A stretch of DNA of 63,680 bases, filler included, from Octopus bimaculoides (GCF_001194135.2; 6 parts of 6 records of this genome joined end to end with filler, not necessarily neighbours in it); one strand, 5' to 3'. Counted from the whole stretch's first letter, positions 1-11,893 are shown. Notes: generated from the sequence alone by a model not told the origin. Numbers and translations: made by a program.

Positions 1-930
1 TAAGAATGGAAAGGGATTCCCTAATGCATAGTAAACACTTGCTAATATTAGCCTTAAATTGGGGGGTTCTAGATAGGATTGACCATTCAAGATAGTACTT
101 CTTATTCCTCCTCTTGAGGTCATGCAGGTAAGAGGCGAGTGTTGTGGAATTATATTTCTCATTAGAAAAAGAACTCATGTGCGCTCTATACCTGGCTTTA
201 AAATTCACTGAGCTTCCAATATAAAACCTATTTTGCTTGTCCTCGTCTCTAACTACGCATTTATACACTACGTTTGTGGACAAACAAAAAAGGGTCCCTA
301 CAATTACATAATTTTTTACGGCCACCCTTAAGGTTATTTCCAACATCATTAACCGCCCTTACAAATTTATTCTTATCAGCCATACCACTTGTCTCATTCC
401 CAGATTTAGGCATAATCCGAGGGAATGAAGAGCCCGTTCCACTATCGTCGCGTGGCTTACAGTTGGTTTTATTAGAAACAGGGTTTCCCTGAGACGGACA
501 TTCGCATATTTTAACTTATTTATTTTATTTCCTATTTAAAGAAGCAATAATGAATGCTAAATTTGGCATTCCAGAGTAGGAACACTTAATTGTAGACCTG
601 TTACAAATACTGTAGTATTTGTGGTCCCTAGGAAAATTATTTTCCAAGATTCTAAAAAACATTTTTGGTAGATTTCTTACCCTGAGGGAAAAAAGTGGTG
701 GTGGTGGTGGTGGTGGGGAACCAGATTACTTCTCTTATTCTGGGTCGCGAAACTTTTGTTTTAAATATCCCCATATTAGGATTTTCCGGTATCGTATGCC
801 TATTTGAAGTGTCCTTACTTTTATTTATATTTTTATTAATATTTTTATATCTATTCTTATTTTTATTTATATTTCCACTGTTCCCAGTCCCGTTTCTAAA
901 AGATTGCTTACTACGGTTACTACTCAACTA
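1..930 (-). mobile_element. Penelope-like element (PLE) fragment: RT-endonuclease linker plus GIY-YIG endonuclease, decayed, runs off the window start
   Basis: Manual minus-strand translation 290->1 (not in the ORF track): CLSTNVVYKCVVRDEDKQNRFYIGSSVNFKARYRAHMSSFSNEKYNSTTLASYLHDLKRRNKKYYLEWSILSRTPQFKANISKCLLCIRESLSIL (VVY at 271-263, YIG at 223-215). Upstream ~720->540 reads WFP..FSLRVRNLPKMFFRILENNFPRDHKYYSICNRSTIKCSYSGMPNLAFIIASLN, then LCNCRDP. These match PLE linker and Cys motifs as recalled. Stops and frameshifts are present. Confidence 0.85.
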
Positions 931-1029
931 GTTTGAGCACTTCTTTTACAGCCTTGTATAATTTCTATTGGTTTTCTAATACAAAACTGTTAATATTGAA
1001 TAATTATATATATATTCTATAATAATAAC

Positions 1030-1666
1030 TACTGAGCTTCTTAACTTTTGGGATCCTCCTGGAAAGCCTTCTTACAAACTGGCATTGAAGAAAGTTAGTT
1101 TCATTCATGCTTCTGAGAAATCTGGATCTCCCAAAGCTGTGCAATGGAATAAGACTGATTGTCAAGTAAATGCATTCACATCTTTTGGAATCAACAATCC
1201 TCACTGGACAAGGAAAGGGAGAAAAATGCGTTTATTCCAAGAATTCCACTGATTCTAGCAGACATACCCTTTAAATTCAAAGGACTTCAATTTTCAGTAA
1301 TAGTTAGTTTTGCAATGTCAATGACTATCACTCAAGATTGTTGGACTTCGCCTCATGCAGCACTGCTTTTCCCATGGTAAGCTTTATGTTGGTCGTTCTA
1401 GAGTTGGAAACGGCAACAATTTCTTCATATTCACACCAAATGTTAAAACTAAGAATATTATTTATCCAGCTGCTTTACAGTGATCTCCAAATGTCACAAT
1501 GATGCAAAATTCTCCAAATGTGATATTTCTGTGATATAAATCTGAGATGGTAGGATACCAATAAATGCTTTATTATTATTTCTCTCTTTAGTTTTGGGCC
1601 GCAAACCCAATTAGCCCTTCTCAGGAGCTAGCTTAGAAGTCCAACGGAGCATGGCTTTTAAGCTAG
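1030..1666 (+). mobile_element. Helitron 3' fragment: Pif1-like helicase C-terminus and CTAG end
   Basis: Frameshifted translation PPGKPSYKLALK..MLLRNLDLPKLCNGIRLIVK*MHSHLLESTILTG..FIPRIPLILADIPFKFKGLQF..CFSHGKLYVGRSRVG..KTKNIIYPAALQ* (stop 1481-1483). CTAG at 1663-1666 is followed by T and (TA)n. Confidence 0.85.
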
Positions 1667-1698
<32 letters not shown>

Positions 1699-2149
1699 NN
1701 NNNNNNNNNNNNNNNNNNNNNNNNNNNNNNNNNNNNNNNNNNNNNNNNNNNNNNNNNNNNNNNNNNNNNNNNNNNNNNNNNNNNNNNNNNNNNNNNNNNN
1801 NNNNNNNNNNNNNNNNNNNNNNNNNNNNNNNNNNNNNNNNNNNNNNNNNNNNNNNNNNNNNNNNNNNNNNNNNNNNNNNNNNNNNNNNNNNNNNNNNNNN
1901 NNNNNNNNNNNNNNNNNNNNNNNNNNNNNNNNNNNNNNNNNNNNNNNNNNNNNNNNNNNNNNNNNNNNNNNNNNNNNNNNNNNNNNNNNNNNNNNNNNNN
2001 NNNNNNNNNNNNNNNNNNNNNNNNNNNNNNNNNNNNNNNNNNNNNNNNNNNNNNNNNNNNNNNNNNNNNNNNNNNNNNNNNNNNNNNNNNNNNNNNNNNN
2101 NNNNNNNNNNNNNNNNNNNTATATATATATATATTCTTTTATTCTAACT

Positions 2150-2317
2150 ACATATATACACGACGGGCTTCTTTCAGTTTCCGTCTGCCAAATTCACTCA
2201 CAGGGATTTGGTCGGCCTGAGCTATAATGGAAGACACTCGCCCAAGGTGCCACGCAGTAGAACTGAACGCGGAACCATGTGGTTGGGAAGCAAGCTTCTT
2301 ACCACACAGCCACGTCT
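2150..2317 (-). mobile_element. tRNA-derived SINE, family A (5' part)
   Basis: Reverse complement GTGGCTGTGTGGTAAGAAGCTTGCTTCCCAACCACATGGTTCCGCGTTCAGTTCTACTGCGTGGCACCTTGGGCGAGTGTCTTC; same family as 40195, 49121, 51262. Confidence 0.85.
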
Positions 2318-2645
2318 ACGCGTATAAAAAATTTTTGGGGGGGAAATGGGTCGTGAAGCACATATAAAGCTATAGTGATAGCATGAGAATATTGGGTGGA
2401 AAACAATTCTTTTGAATAGGAAAAGTAGAAGTCTATCCAAAAGGGTTTTTCAACCCAACGTTTACATGCTATTATATACAGTTGTATGTATATAGCTTCG
2501 AGATCCAGTTCCAAAAAGAATTGCTTCTCGTTCTCTCAAATGGTTATAAATTCTTATGACCTCAACAACGTATGTATGTATAAATGTATATATGTATGTA
2601 TGTATGTATGTATATATATACATACGTGCATTCACATATATAAGC

Positions 2646-2684
<39 letters not shown>

Positions 2685-2723
2685 TAAGCATATATACATA
2701 CATATATATGTATGCAAGTACGT

Positions 2724-2756
<33 letters not shown>

Positions 2757-3879
2757 CACACGCACACACATAAAATTTCTCATATGAATATCTCTTTCCA
2801 TAACTATTCTGTCATTTAATACCTCTCCTCTTACTCTCTCCCCTACGTTTTTCTATGTACAAAGCAAAGTGTGGTACACGTCACTGACAATGCTCAAGAA
2901 AATCGAAATACATTTGCTGTGCTCTTTAGCTACTCCCAGGATANNNNNNNNNNNNNNNNNNNNNNNNNNNNNNNNNNNNNNNNNNNNNNNNNNNNNNNNN
3001 NNNNNNNNNNNNNNNNNNNNNNNNNNNNNNNNNNNNNNNNNNNNNNNNNNNNNNNNNNNNNNNNNNNNNNNNNNNNNNNNNNNNNNNNNNNNNNNNNNNN
3101 NNNNNNNNNNNNNNNNNNNNNNNNNNNNNNNNNNNNNNNNNNNNNNNNNNNNNNNNNNNNNNNNNNNNNNNNNNNNNNNNNNNNNNNNNNNNNNNNNNNN
3201 NNNNNNNNNNNNNNNNNNNNNNNNNNNNNNNNNNNNNNNNNNNNNNNNNNNNNNNNNNNNNNNNNNNNNNNNNNNNNNNNNNNNNNNNNNNNNNNNNNNN
3301 NNNNNNNNNNNNNNNNNNNNNNNNNNNNNNNNNNNNNNNNNNNNNNATATATATATATATATATATATATAATTATTTATACATACATCTACACAAGCAA
3401 ATGCATACATCTTATATATATAATAAAACGGATGATGTGTGTGTGTGTGCCTTTTTCTTGATCCCCCTAAAATCAATATTTTTCATACAATTTCGTTCCA
3501 GAGATGGTCATAGACTCTTCAAATTTTCCACATAATGAGTAATACCGCCACAGGGAACGAAAACACCTTCTAGGTAAATAAATACCAACGATCGTTGCTT
3601 CAAGGGACATTAGTTTTGATGATGTTAGTTATGCTACTTTCACTTGGTCTTCAGCTACAGTTTTTACAATGCCCATTCACTACAAACTGCTGATATTTGC
3701 ATATTAGCACTTCCTTGAGGTAGCCATGCAATTTAAATCAACATTCATTTATTTTTAAAATGCCTTCAGAAATTAATCCATATTATATATATTCTCTGCT
3801 TTTACTCATACAAAGTTGTAACAGTTATACAGTTTTTACAATGCCCATTCATTGCAAACTGTCGATATTTGCACGTTAG

Positions 3880-5037
3880 AACAGGGCTGTTCTTGCACCT
3901 ACAAATGCAGCTATCACCACTCTTAACTATAACTTACTCAGTAAGCTACCTTCTTAAGAACGTTGTTACAGATCAGTTGACACCGTTACCGACCTCGATC
4001 AGGTTATATACTTTCCAATAGAATTTCTCAACTCCCAACATACCTCAGGACACCCTCCTCATGAACTTCACTTAAAAGTTGGTTGCCCTGTCATCCTCCT
4101 GTGATATTTAAATGCACCCACACTATGCAATGGAATTCGCCTAGTGGTAAAACTAATGATGGACCACGTCGTTGAAGCCCAAATTATCACGGGACACTGC
4201 AAAAATGATACCGTTTTTATTGCGAAAATTCCGCTAATCCCAACAGACTGTCCCTACCGTATGCAGAGAATTCAGTTCCCTCAAACTCAGCCTCGCCATG
4301 ACAATTAACAAAGCCGAAGGTCAGTCGCTCAAAGTTGTCGGATTGGACCTTCTCACGTGGACAGTTCTATGTCGGTTGTTCCAGAGTTGGCCATCCAGAC
4401 AACCAAAAATGTTGTCTACAAAGCAATCCTACAGTAGTTATTCCTCTACTGCAATCTTCACATCTACGCCATACTGTAGCCGTTAGCAATCAGATTTCCC
4501 ACAAGAACTTCATTGATATTTTGCTTCATTTCCATGATTGCTGTTAAGTGTACATTACTTTCAATGAACCTTCTTACTTCACACATGCTGTTCACTCATA
4601 AGCGTGCTCTGACATTTGTTTTTGTACATGCCATTATTTTATTTGTGTGTTTGTTACAAATGTTTGCTTTTGTTTATCATATATGACTTTCATTGAAGAA
4701 GTTTCAATTCAGTTGTGTCAGGCATTACGAGTAAAATAACTACATGCTACAAAATGCTTCAGGTAAGATATAAGATCCCTAATGCCTACTGAAATTGCGA
4801 TCTCATTTCATGGACTTTCATTTATTACTAACTGCCAAATTTGTGTTGAAAAAACTTTATTCATTACGTAGGTTGTTTAATACCATATAATAAACTGCTA
4901 AAGAAATCGGTAATTATACATTTTACGTTTATCAACTTGAAGTGATTTCTAACTGCAGGCTAATTCAATTAAAACCGTCCAAAGGAGTGCGCCATTATAA
5001 TAAATTACACCGTCCAAAGGACGGGTGCGTTTGCTAG
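3880..5037 (+). mobile_element. Helitron 3' fragment: Pif1-like helicase, subterminal hairpin and CTAG end
   Basis: RAVLAPTNAAITTLNYNLLSKLPS*ERCYRSVDTVTDLDQVIYFPIEFLNSQHTSGHPPHELHLKVGCPVILL..LCNGIRLVVK..AMTINKAEGQSLKVVGLDL..FSRGQFYVGCSRVG (stop 4435-4437). Hairpin CCGTCC-AAA-GGACGG at 5010-5024 and CTAG at 5034-5037 followed by T. Confidence 0.9.
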
Positions 5038-5539
5038 TATATATATGAAAACCTCTATAGTAGACCGGCCAAATTTTCCTATTTCTCTGTTGATTGAAAC
5101 AGTGAGGAACAACCTTAATTAAAGGTGTCTACATCACCTGACCAATACTAGAGAAAGAAGCAACCAGTCGTTTACGTATGCATTGAAACTAGTAGTTCTA
5201 GAGAACTGGAGCTACTAATTTGCATACTCAATATCAACGGCCTGTCAGCGAGGAACTCTGGTCCACAGTGTCAAAATATGGCGTAGTAGTGTCCCTAATA
5301 TAAGTAACATGAGGACGAAAAAAACCCTGAGTTTACGCCCAGGAAGTAGGTGACATGGAAACATTAGAAGGAAAAGTCTTTTATGTTTCGAGCATAAGCT
5401 CTTCTTCCAAAAGAATTGACAGGGCGAGAAAAAGCAAACAAACAAAAAGATGAAGAGAAGACCACCAGTGTGTCTATCGAACGATCACAACATAGCGAGC
5501 TGAGAGAATCATTTGCGCGTCTGACAAAATACTTAGTGA

Positions 5540-5695
5540 CATTTCTTCCTGCTTCTTGCGTTATTAGTTCAAATCCCGCCGAGATCAACTGCATAATTCA
5601 TTCTGTCAAGATGCATAAAATAAGTACTGAGGTTGATGTAATTGACTAGCCTCTTCCCACAAAATTTCAGGACTTGTGCCAATGGCAGAAAGAAA
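5540..5695 (+). mobile_element. SINE family B, degenerate copy
   Basis: GTTCAAATCCCGCCGAGATCAAC..ATAAAATAAGTACTGAGGTTGATGTAATTGACT..AAAATTTCAGGACTTGTGCC matches family B copies at 14551, 35790, 42180. Confidence 0.7.
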
Positions 5696-6191
5696 ATACA
5701 TGTATAAAAGTTTAATCTGAAGGTAGGGGCTTATATACCCATGGTCTTGGCAGCAACCCCGAGCGCTTTCTGATCCGTGGTTAACTCTAATGTTTTTATT
5801 GAACAGTTTACTAACAATTTACTGTTATGACATTCATTCATTTCTCTTCTAATGTCACTTCTAGGACATTCATTCACATATGAAGTATTGGCTTACTTTG
5901 ACTAGACACCAAGGATCGATCTGCTCCGCGCGTTTGTGTATTGGAGTAAATGTAATTGATGCTTTCCCTGAAAGCTTTAGCGACGAAAATAAATAGAAAA
6001 TGCTACACCGTCAACACCAGCCAACTTAGGAAATATCCAGAAAAGTGACTGTGTTTTGAGAATTGAATCGTAGTGTCAGGAATGTCATGAAGGTGTCTCG
6101 GCTGTTTGAAGGTGATTAAACATATAGCGACAGTGACACAACATGCGTGTGTGTGTGTGTTTATACATACATATACACATACATACATACA

Positions 6192-6271
<80 letters not shown>

Positions 6272-6272
<1 letters not shown>

Positions 6273-6390
6273 GGAGGCGCAATGGCCCAGTGTTTAGGGC
6301 AGCGGACTCGCGGTTGTAGGATCGCGGTTTCGATTCCCAGACCGGGCATTGTGAGTGTTTATTGAGCGAAAACACCTAAAGCTCCACGAC
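6272..6390 (+). mobile_element. tRNA-derived SINE head, 3'-truncated
   Basis: A-box-like TGGCCCAGTGTTTAG and B-box-like GGTTTCGATTCC, followed by non-tRNA body GTGAGTGTTTATTGAGCGAAAACACCTAAAGCTCCACG. Confidence 0.75.
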
Positions 6391-6658
6391 CCCACCCCCC
6401 AGTAGGGCGGGGGCGAACCTTGCGAATGGGTTATTTCCCTTGGTTTTGAAAATAAAATATATTAAATATATGTAAAGAATGTAAAGATCCATTCCAGGGG
6501 CCCTATTATCGATTTTTTCCACAATCTGAGTATTTCATGAGTTTTCCAGTTATACTCACGTGTCAAGTTTCATCAAAATTGATAAAACGATATAGGAGGA
6601 GTTAGCTAACAACTCCTTAAGCATACCCACAAACAGAATTTCCCTCATATATAGTAGA
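6391..6658 (-). mobile_element. Probable non-autonomous Helitron-like element, 5' end
   Basis: Minus strand begins A|TCTACTATATATG at 6659/6658. Contains AAGTTTCATCAAAATTG..ATAGGAGGAGTTAG, resembling DINE-1/Lep1-type elements as recalled. Confidence 0.45.
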
Positions 6659-6872
6659 TATAATGCTGATCGTCATGGCCTGTCAGAGAATGACCATTGG
6701 TTTCGCACCTATAAGGTGCTTAGCTGTTTGGGAGTCGCCTATAACTAACAACCCTCTAAATATTACTGCTCTAATGTTCCAGTTTGCTTCTCTTTCGGAT
6801 ATATGAACTACTGACCAATATATATACACACACATAGAGAGAGAGTTGTGAAGATAAATATGGTCGGTCTAT

Positions 6873-6931
6873 GGAGTTACCCGGGTTTTACGTCCGTAAA
6901 GCGCTTAGCTTTACAACATTTCTTCAGACCC
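6873..6931 (-). ncRNA. Type I hammerhead ribozyme motif, probably inactivated (G12->A)
   Basis: Minus strand GGGT-CTGAAGA-A-ATGTTGTAAAGC-TAAGC-GCTTTACGGACGT-AAAAC-CCGG-GT-A-ACTC. Helix III is the palindrome ACCCGGGT, the triplet is GUA, and GAAAC reads AAAAC. Confidence 0.55.
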
Positions 6932-6968
6932 TAAAATCAGTTGGTCTATGGTCTCCCTGTGTATATGT

Positions 6969-7300
6969 GAAGGCGCATGGTTTAGTGCTTAGAGCGCTGA
7001 TCTTACGATCGTGAGGTTGTGAGTTCGATTCCCGGATCGGGCTGCGATTTGTATTCTTGAGCAAGACACTTTATTTCACATTGCTCCAGTTTACTTAGCT
7101 GTAGGAATGAGTTGCAACATAACTGGTGCCAAGCTGTATTGGCCTTTGCTTTTCCCTTGGATAACATCGGTGGCGTGGAGAGGGGAGGTTGGTATGCATG
7201 GGCGACTGCTGGTCTTCCATAAACAACCTTGTCCGGACTTGTGCCTCGGAGGGTAACTTTCTAGGTGCAATTCCATGATCATTCATGACCGAAGGGGGTC
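6969..7300 (+). mobile_element. tRNA-derived SINE family C, near full length
   Basis: A box TGGTTTAGTGCTTAG, B box GAGTTCGATTCC, CORE/V-like segment CTTGAGCAAGACACTTTATTTCACATTGCTCCAGTTTACTTAGCTGTAG, tail ending GACCGAAGGGGGTC. Confidence 0.8.
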
Positions 7301-7499
7301 CTAAATTCGTATATATATATGCATGGTGTTCATCAATTACCTTTTCAACTTCCACAATTTACTGTATTGGATCGTCTAGAATTGCGTGCAACCAATGGAG
7401 CCCACGTGGTAGTGTTCTGATGTTTTATATAAAATTTACTCAGCTGAGTTATCCTTAGTTTTCAATTTTTCTTTAGTGAACTTTTTATGTAAAATTAAG

Positions 7500-9830
7500 T
7501 TATGAACATATTACATACCATTTGACACTATGGATCTTCAAAACGCAGACTGGGATGCGATCGATCATGATCTTTCACAAGTTGATTGGGCCTTCACGCA
7601 AGCACACACCCAACCAACATAAACACATCATGGCAGACATTTGTAGATACCATAACAAATGTATGCGCAAAACATGCTCCATTAAGATCAGTATACAAAT
7701 CTAAGTGCAGAATCCCTAGAAACAGAAGAGCAATTATCAGAAAAACAAAAAGAATTAACAAGAAAATCAACCAACTTAAATATTGCCAGCAGCAACGCAC
7801 CCATTCGACTGCCATTGATTGCATCATTCGAATCGAAAAAACGCAACCTCCAAAAAAGCATGATGGTCATCATTAACAAACAAAGAGCAGCTGAGGAGAA
7901 TTGAGCCATTGAGAAAATAAAACGCAATCTCAAAATGTTCTTTTCATCTACCCACTCAAAAGCCCCCAAAACATAAAGTCGCTGTTTCCACTGTTGGTCC
8001 TCTGGTTGATGAGAACACTCTACATGATGATGCAAAATCCATGTGTGAGATATTGTAGAGACAATACTGCTCTGTTTTCAGTAACGCCAATGCGGTAGAT
8101 CTGGCTAGTACCAGTGATGTAAACCCTCAACTAACTATATCTGACATAACTTTTGGTGTTCCTGATATCCTAACAGAAATAATAAGATCGAGCACAACTC
8201 GACAGTAGGTCCCGATAAGTTCCCGGCCACTGTCCTGAAGATGTGTCGACATCAAATTGCAACCCCTCTACCTGAGCTCCGGACGAACTCACTTGATGCA
8301 GGCTACATTCCTGATCATTTTCTTTCCCAGTCTGTCGTTCCAGTCTTCAAAAAGGGAAACAAATCTCTTGCAGTGAACTACCGTCCGATTTCACTCACCC
8401 TCATATCATTAAAGTATTTGAGAGGGTGGTGAGATCGCCAATGACTCACTTCCTCGAAGACAACAATCTGCTGAACCCCAACTAGTATGGTTTCAGTGAT
8501 GGCAGGGACTGCCTGTCGCAGCTTCTGCACCATTTTGATGACATCTTAAAAGTTTTGGGAGAAGGCTTCAACGCTGACGTCATATACCTTGATTTCAACA
8601 AGGCATTTGACAAAGTAGACCATAAAATCCTGCTGAAAAAATTGTCCAAAATTGGAGTCCGTGGAAAGCTGCTGCAGTGGATAAAGCGTTTCCTGACGAA
8701 CAGAACTCAACGTGTGTTTGAGGGAATCCGATCCAGCTCAACCATAGTCAGTAGTGGTGTCCCACAAGGTGCTGTGTTAGGTCCACTCCTCTTCATTATC
8801 TACATCAATGACATAGTAGACGTCATCAAACATTCTACACTGAAAATCTTTGCAGATGATTCCAACCCCCAGAAAGCCATAAACGGTATGGAAGACCGAA
8901 CATGCCTTCAGTCGGATCTATTTGCTGTTGTCTAATGGACGGAAAAATACAATATGCCTCTAAAGTTTAATTTGATCCACTTTGGAAAAGAGGATACCCT
9001 GAAACCACTATATGCTCTTCCCTCGGGTGACTCCCTAGTGTCATCCAACAACACCAGAGACCTTGGAGTAATCGTTGATAACAATCTAAGCTGAAGTTCC
9101 CACGTAAACAGCAAGGTTAACTTGGCCCGCAAGATGTGCTCCTGGATTCTGAGAACTTTCCGGTCTAGAGATGCCCACACCATCATCCTTCTCTACTCTA
9201 CTTTTGCCCGAATACTGTTGCCCACTGTGGTCTCCCAACTGTGGTCTACCTTGAATACTGTTGCCCACTGTGGTCTTCCCATACGAAGCGACTCATTATT
9301 GAAGTGGAAGCACTCTAGAGGTCAATAACAAGAAAGATAGACGACATGCCAGGCATTGACTATTGGGGTCGACTTAAAATACTCAATCTCTACTCTCTCC
9401 AACGCCGCTGGGAGCGCTACATCATTTATGTGATGTGGAAAATATTCCATCAATATTTCACAAATGATGTTGGCATCAATTTTAAAATCCACCCAAGACT
9501 TGGCCCCCGTGCTATCCGCTCACTACAAAAATGAAACACAGGACACATAACATTACGGCACAACTACTTTACCTCAACTGGTCTAGTTTTCTTTAATACC
9601 ATAACAAAATACGTCAAAACGGAAAGGGATCCCATAAAACTCAGAAGTTCACTGGACAAATTTCTTCAAAAAATCCCGGACCAACCTCCTACACCCGGAC
9701 ATGTCTCCAACAATAATAACTCTTTGCTAGAGTGGGCCATGGTGTCCCATATATGACTGAAAGACTTCACCAGGTGGTGCTATCAAGTTAGACATGGCCT
9801 GGGCCTATACTGGCCGAAACCTACCAAAGT
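7500..9830 (+). mobile_element. CR1/L2-group LINE, 5'-truncated, reverse transcriptase pseudogene
   Basis: ORF 8555-8935: DVIYLDFNKAFDKVDHKILL..SGVPQGAVLGPLLFIIYINDI..KIFADDS. ORF 8241-8432: VPVFKKGNKSLAVNYRPISLT. C-terminal IDYWGRLKILNLYSLQRRWERY. Many stops and frameshifts. Confidence 0.92.
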
Positions 9831-11289
9831 TATCATATTGTCAGATAAGTGTGTATACATTCATACATACACACTCTCGCATATATATANNNNNNNNNNN
9901 NNNNNNNNNNNNNNNNNNNNNNNNNNNNNNNNNNNNNNNNNNNNNNNNNNNNNNNNNNNNNNNNNNNNNNNNNNNNNNNNNNNNNNNNNNNNNNNNNNNN
10001 NNNNNNNNNNNNNNNNNNNNNNNNNNNNNNNNNNNNNNNNNNNNNNNNNNNNNNNNNNNNNNNNNNNNNNNNNNNNNNNNNNNNNNNNNNNNNNNNNNNN
10101 NNNNNNNNNNNNNNNNNNNNNNNNNNNNNNNNNNNNNNNNNNNNNNNNNNNNNNNNNNNNNNNNNNNNNNNNNNNNNNNNNNNNNNNNNNNNNNNNNNNN
10201 NNNNNNNNNNNNNNNNNNNNNNNNNNNNNNNNNNNNNNNNNNNNNNNNNNNNNNNNNNNNNNNNNNNNNNNNNNNNNNNNNNNNNNNNNNNNNNNNNNNN
10301 NNNNNNNNNNNNNNNNNNNNNNNNNNNNNNNNNNNNNNNNNNNNNNNNNNNNNNNNNNNNNNNNNNNNNNNNNNNNNNNNNNNNNNNNNNNNNNNNNNNN
10401 NNNNNNNNNNNNNNNNNNNNNNNNNNNNNNNNNNNNNNNNNNNNNNNNNNNNNNNNNNNNNNNNNNNNNNNNNNNNNNNNNNNNNNNNNNNNNNNNNNNN
10501 NNNNNNNNNNNNNNNNNNNNNNNNNNNNNNNNNNNNNNNNNNNNNNNNNNNNNNNNNNNNNNNNNNNNNNNNNNNNNNNNNNNNNNNNNNNNNNNNNNNN
10601 NNNNNNNNNNNNNNNNNNNNNNNNNNNNNNNNNNNNNNNNNNNNNNNNNNNNNNNNNNNNNNNNNNNNNNNNNNNNNNNNNNNNNNNNNNNNNNNNNNNN
10701 NNNNNCCCTGTGTCAAAAAATATCATTCGTAGCAGATGTTCTCTCGACATCGTTCACACGCACCTAACTCGGGCTCAGAAGTTACAGCCCAAGTTGTTAT
10801 CTATAATTGTAAAAATTAAAAGTAATTCAAATTCAATGTTTTCTTGAAACAATAACTTTCTATAGAGATTAGTATTTAAATTCCAATCTAAGAAAAGTTT
10901 CCATTCTACAATATTCTTAAAGGAACGAAATATTTTCCAGCAACTTGGGCTTATACGAACGAGCCTAGTAGGTGTAAAAAACTAACTGGCATCTCTTGTC
11001 AAGAGTACAGGCGACAGATCGCTGATGATTGGTGTGCACTCCGCTGTCGTTATTTGATTGCTGTTATTCTGTGCACCTATGTGTAAAGATCAGTTGTGTT
11101 TTGCAGGGTTGCTTTATTTTAACCCTCAACTTGGAAATGGAGAAAGACATAGTACTATATATAAAAAAAAAAGCCATTTGGGGCCAGAGATAAAGCGGAA
11201 AGCGTGATATTCTTCGAGTAGACATTTGTCTTATGCGAAATCTGTCATGAGCCCAAGTGACGCTGATAACCTGGAGTCGCCTCTGGTAT

Positions 11290-11525
11290 AAATATGTGTG
11301 TGTGTGTGTGTCGTGTATGTATATTTGTGCTTGTTTTTATCCCTTCCCCCCATACACACACCGTATTGATTTCTTTACGTCCTCGTAACTCAGTGGTTTC
11401 GCAAGAGACCGATAGCAGAAGTAGCAGACTTAAAAAAAAAAAAATGCACTGAAATCGATTTGTTCGATTTGTTCAAAGCGGTATCCCAGTATGGCCGTAG
11501 TCCAGTGACTAAAGCAAGCAAAAGA
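11290..11525 (+). mobile_element. SINE family A, 3' part
   Basis: TTTACGTCCTCGTAACTCAGTGGTTTCGCAAGAGACCGATAG..GTATCCCAGTATGGCCGTAGTCCAGTGACTAAAGCAAGCAAAAGA, as in 51480-51645. Confidence 0.7.
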
Positions 11526-11744
11526 TAAAGATATTTACATACATAAATATGTATATACATATAATTACACATACATACATACATACATACATGCATACAC
11601 ACACACACATACATACATATTTATAAACATATATGCATACACATACACACACACAGATACAGAAAGGCATAACGCATGACATACTCGTGCACAAGTCAGT
11701 GCATGTGCATTTTGTATATGAGCGTATACACACACATACACACA

Positions 11745-11775
<31 letters not shown>

Positions 11776-11871
11776 GTGAGTGTGTGTGTCAACATAGTCG
11801 TAAGTATCCTGTTACAATAACAGATCGAATTTTGAAGTTAAAACTGATCACAGTACGTAATCGATACTTAC

Positions 11872-11893
11872 CAAACAGTTCGTTGGTGACCAT
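11872..11893 (-). CDS. Candidate first coding exon of an unidentified host gene (MVTNELF-G)
   Basis: gccATGG context at 11893 and a strong donor TTG|GTAAGT at 11871. The ATG overlaps an X-box-like motif. No downstream exon found. Confidence 0.25.

Noticed and set aside
5416-5649. 77-aa ORF MTGREKANKQKDEEK...
   Set aside because: The second half is a SINE and the first half is repeat-derived sequence beside the decayed hammerhead-like motif.
6272-7040. tRNA-like sequences at 6272, 6969 (also 12195)
   Set aside because: They have A/B boxes but no complete cloverleaf, and continue into SINE bodies.
9790-9825. GGCC..GGCCGAAAC near the LINE 3' end as a hammerhead
   Set aside because: No CUGANGA at the right spacing and no helix III/NUH.
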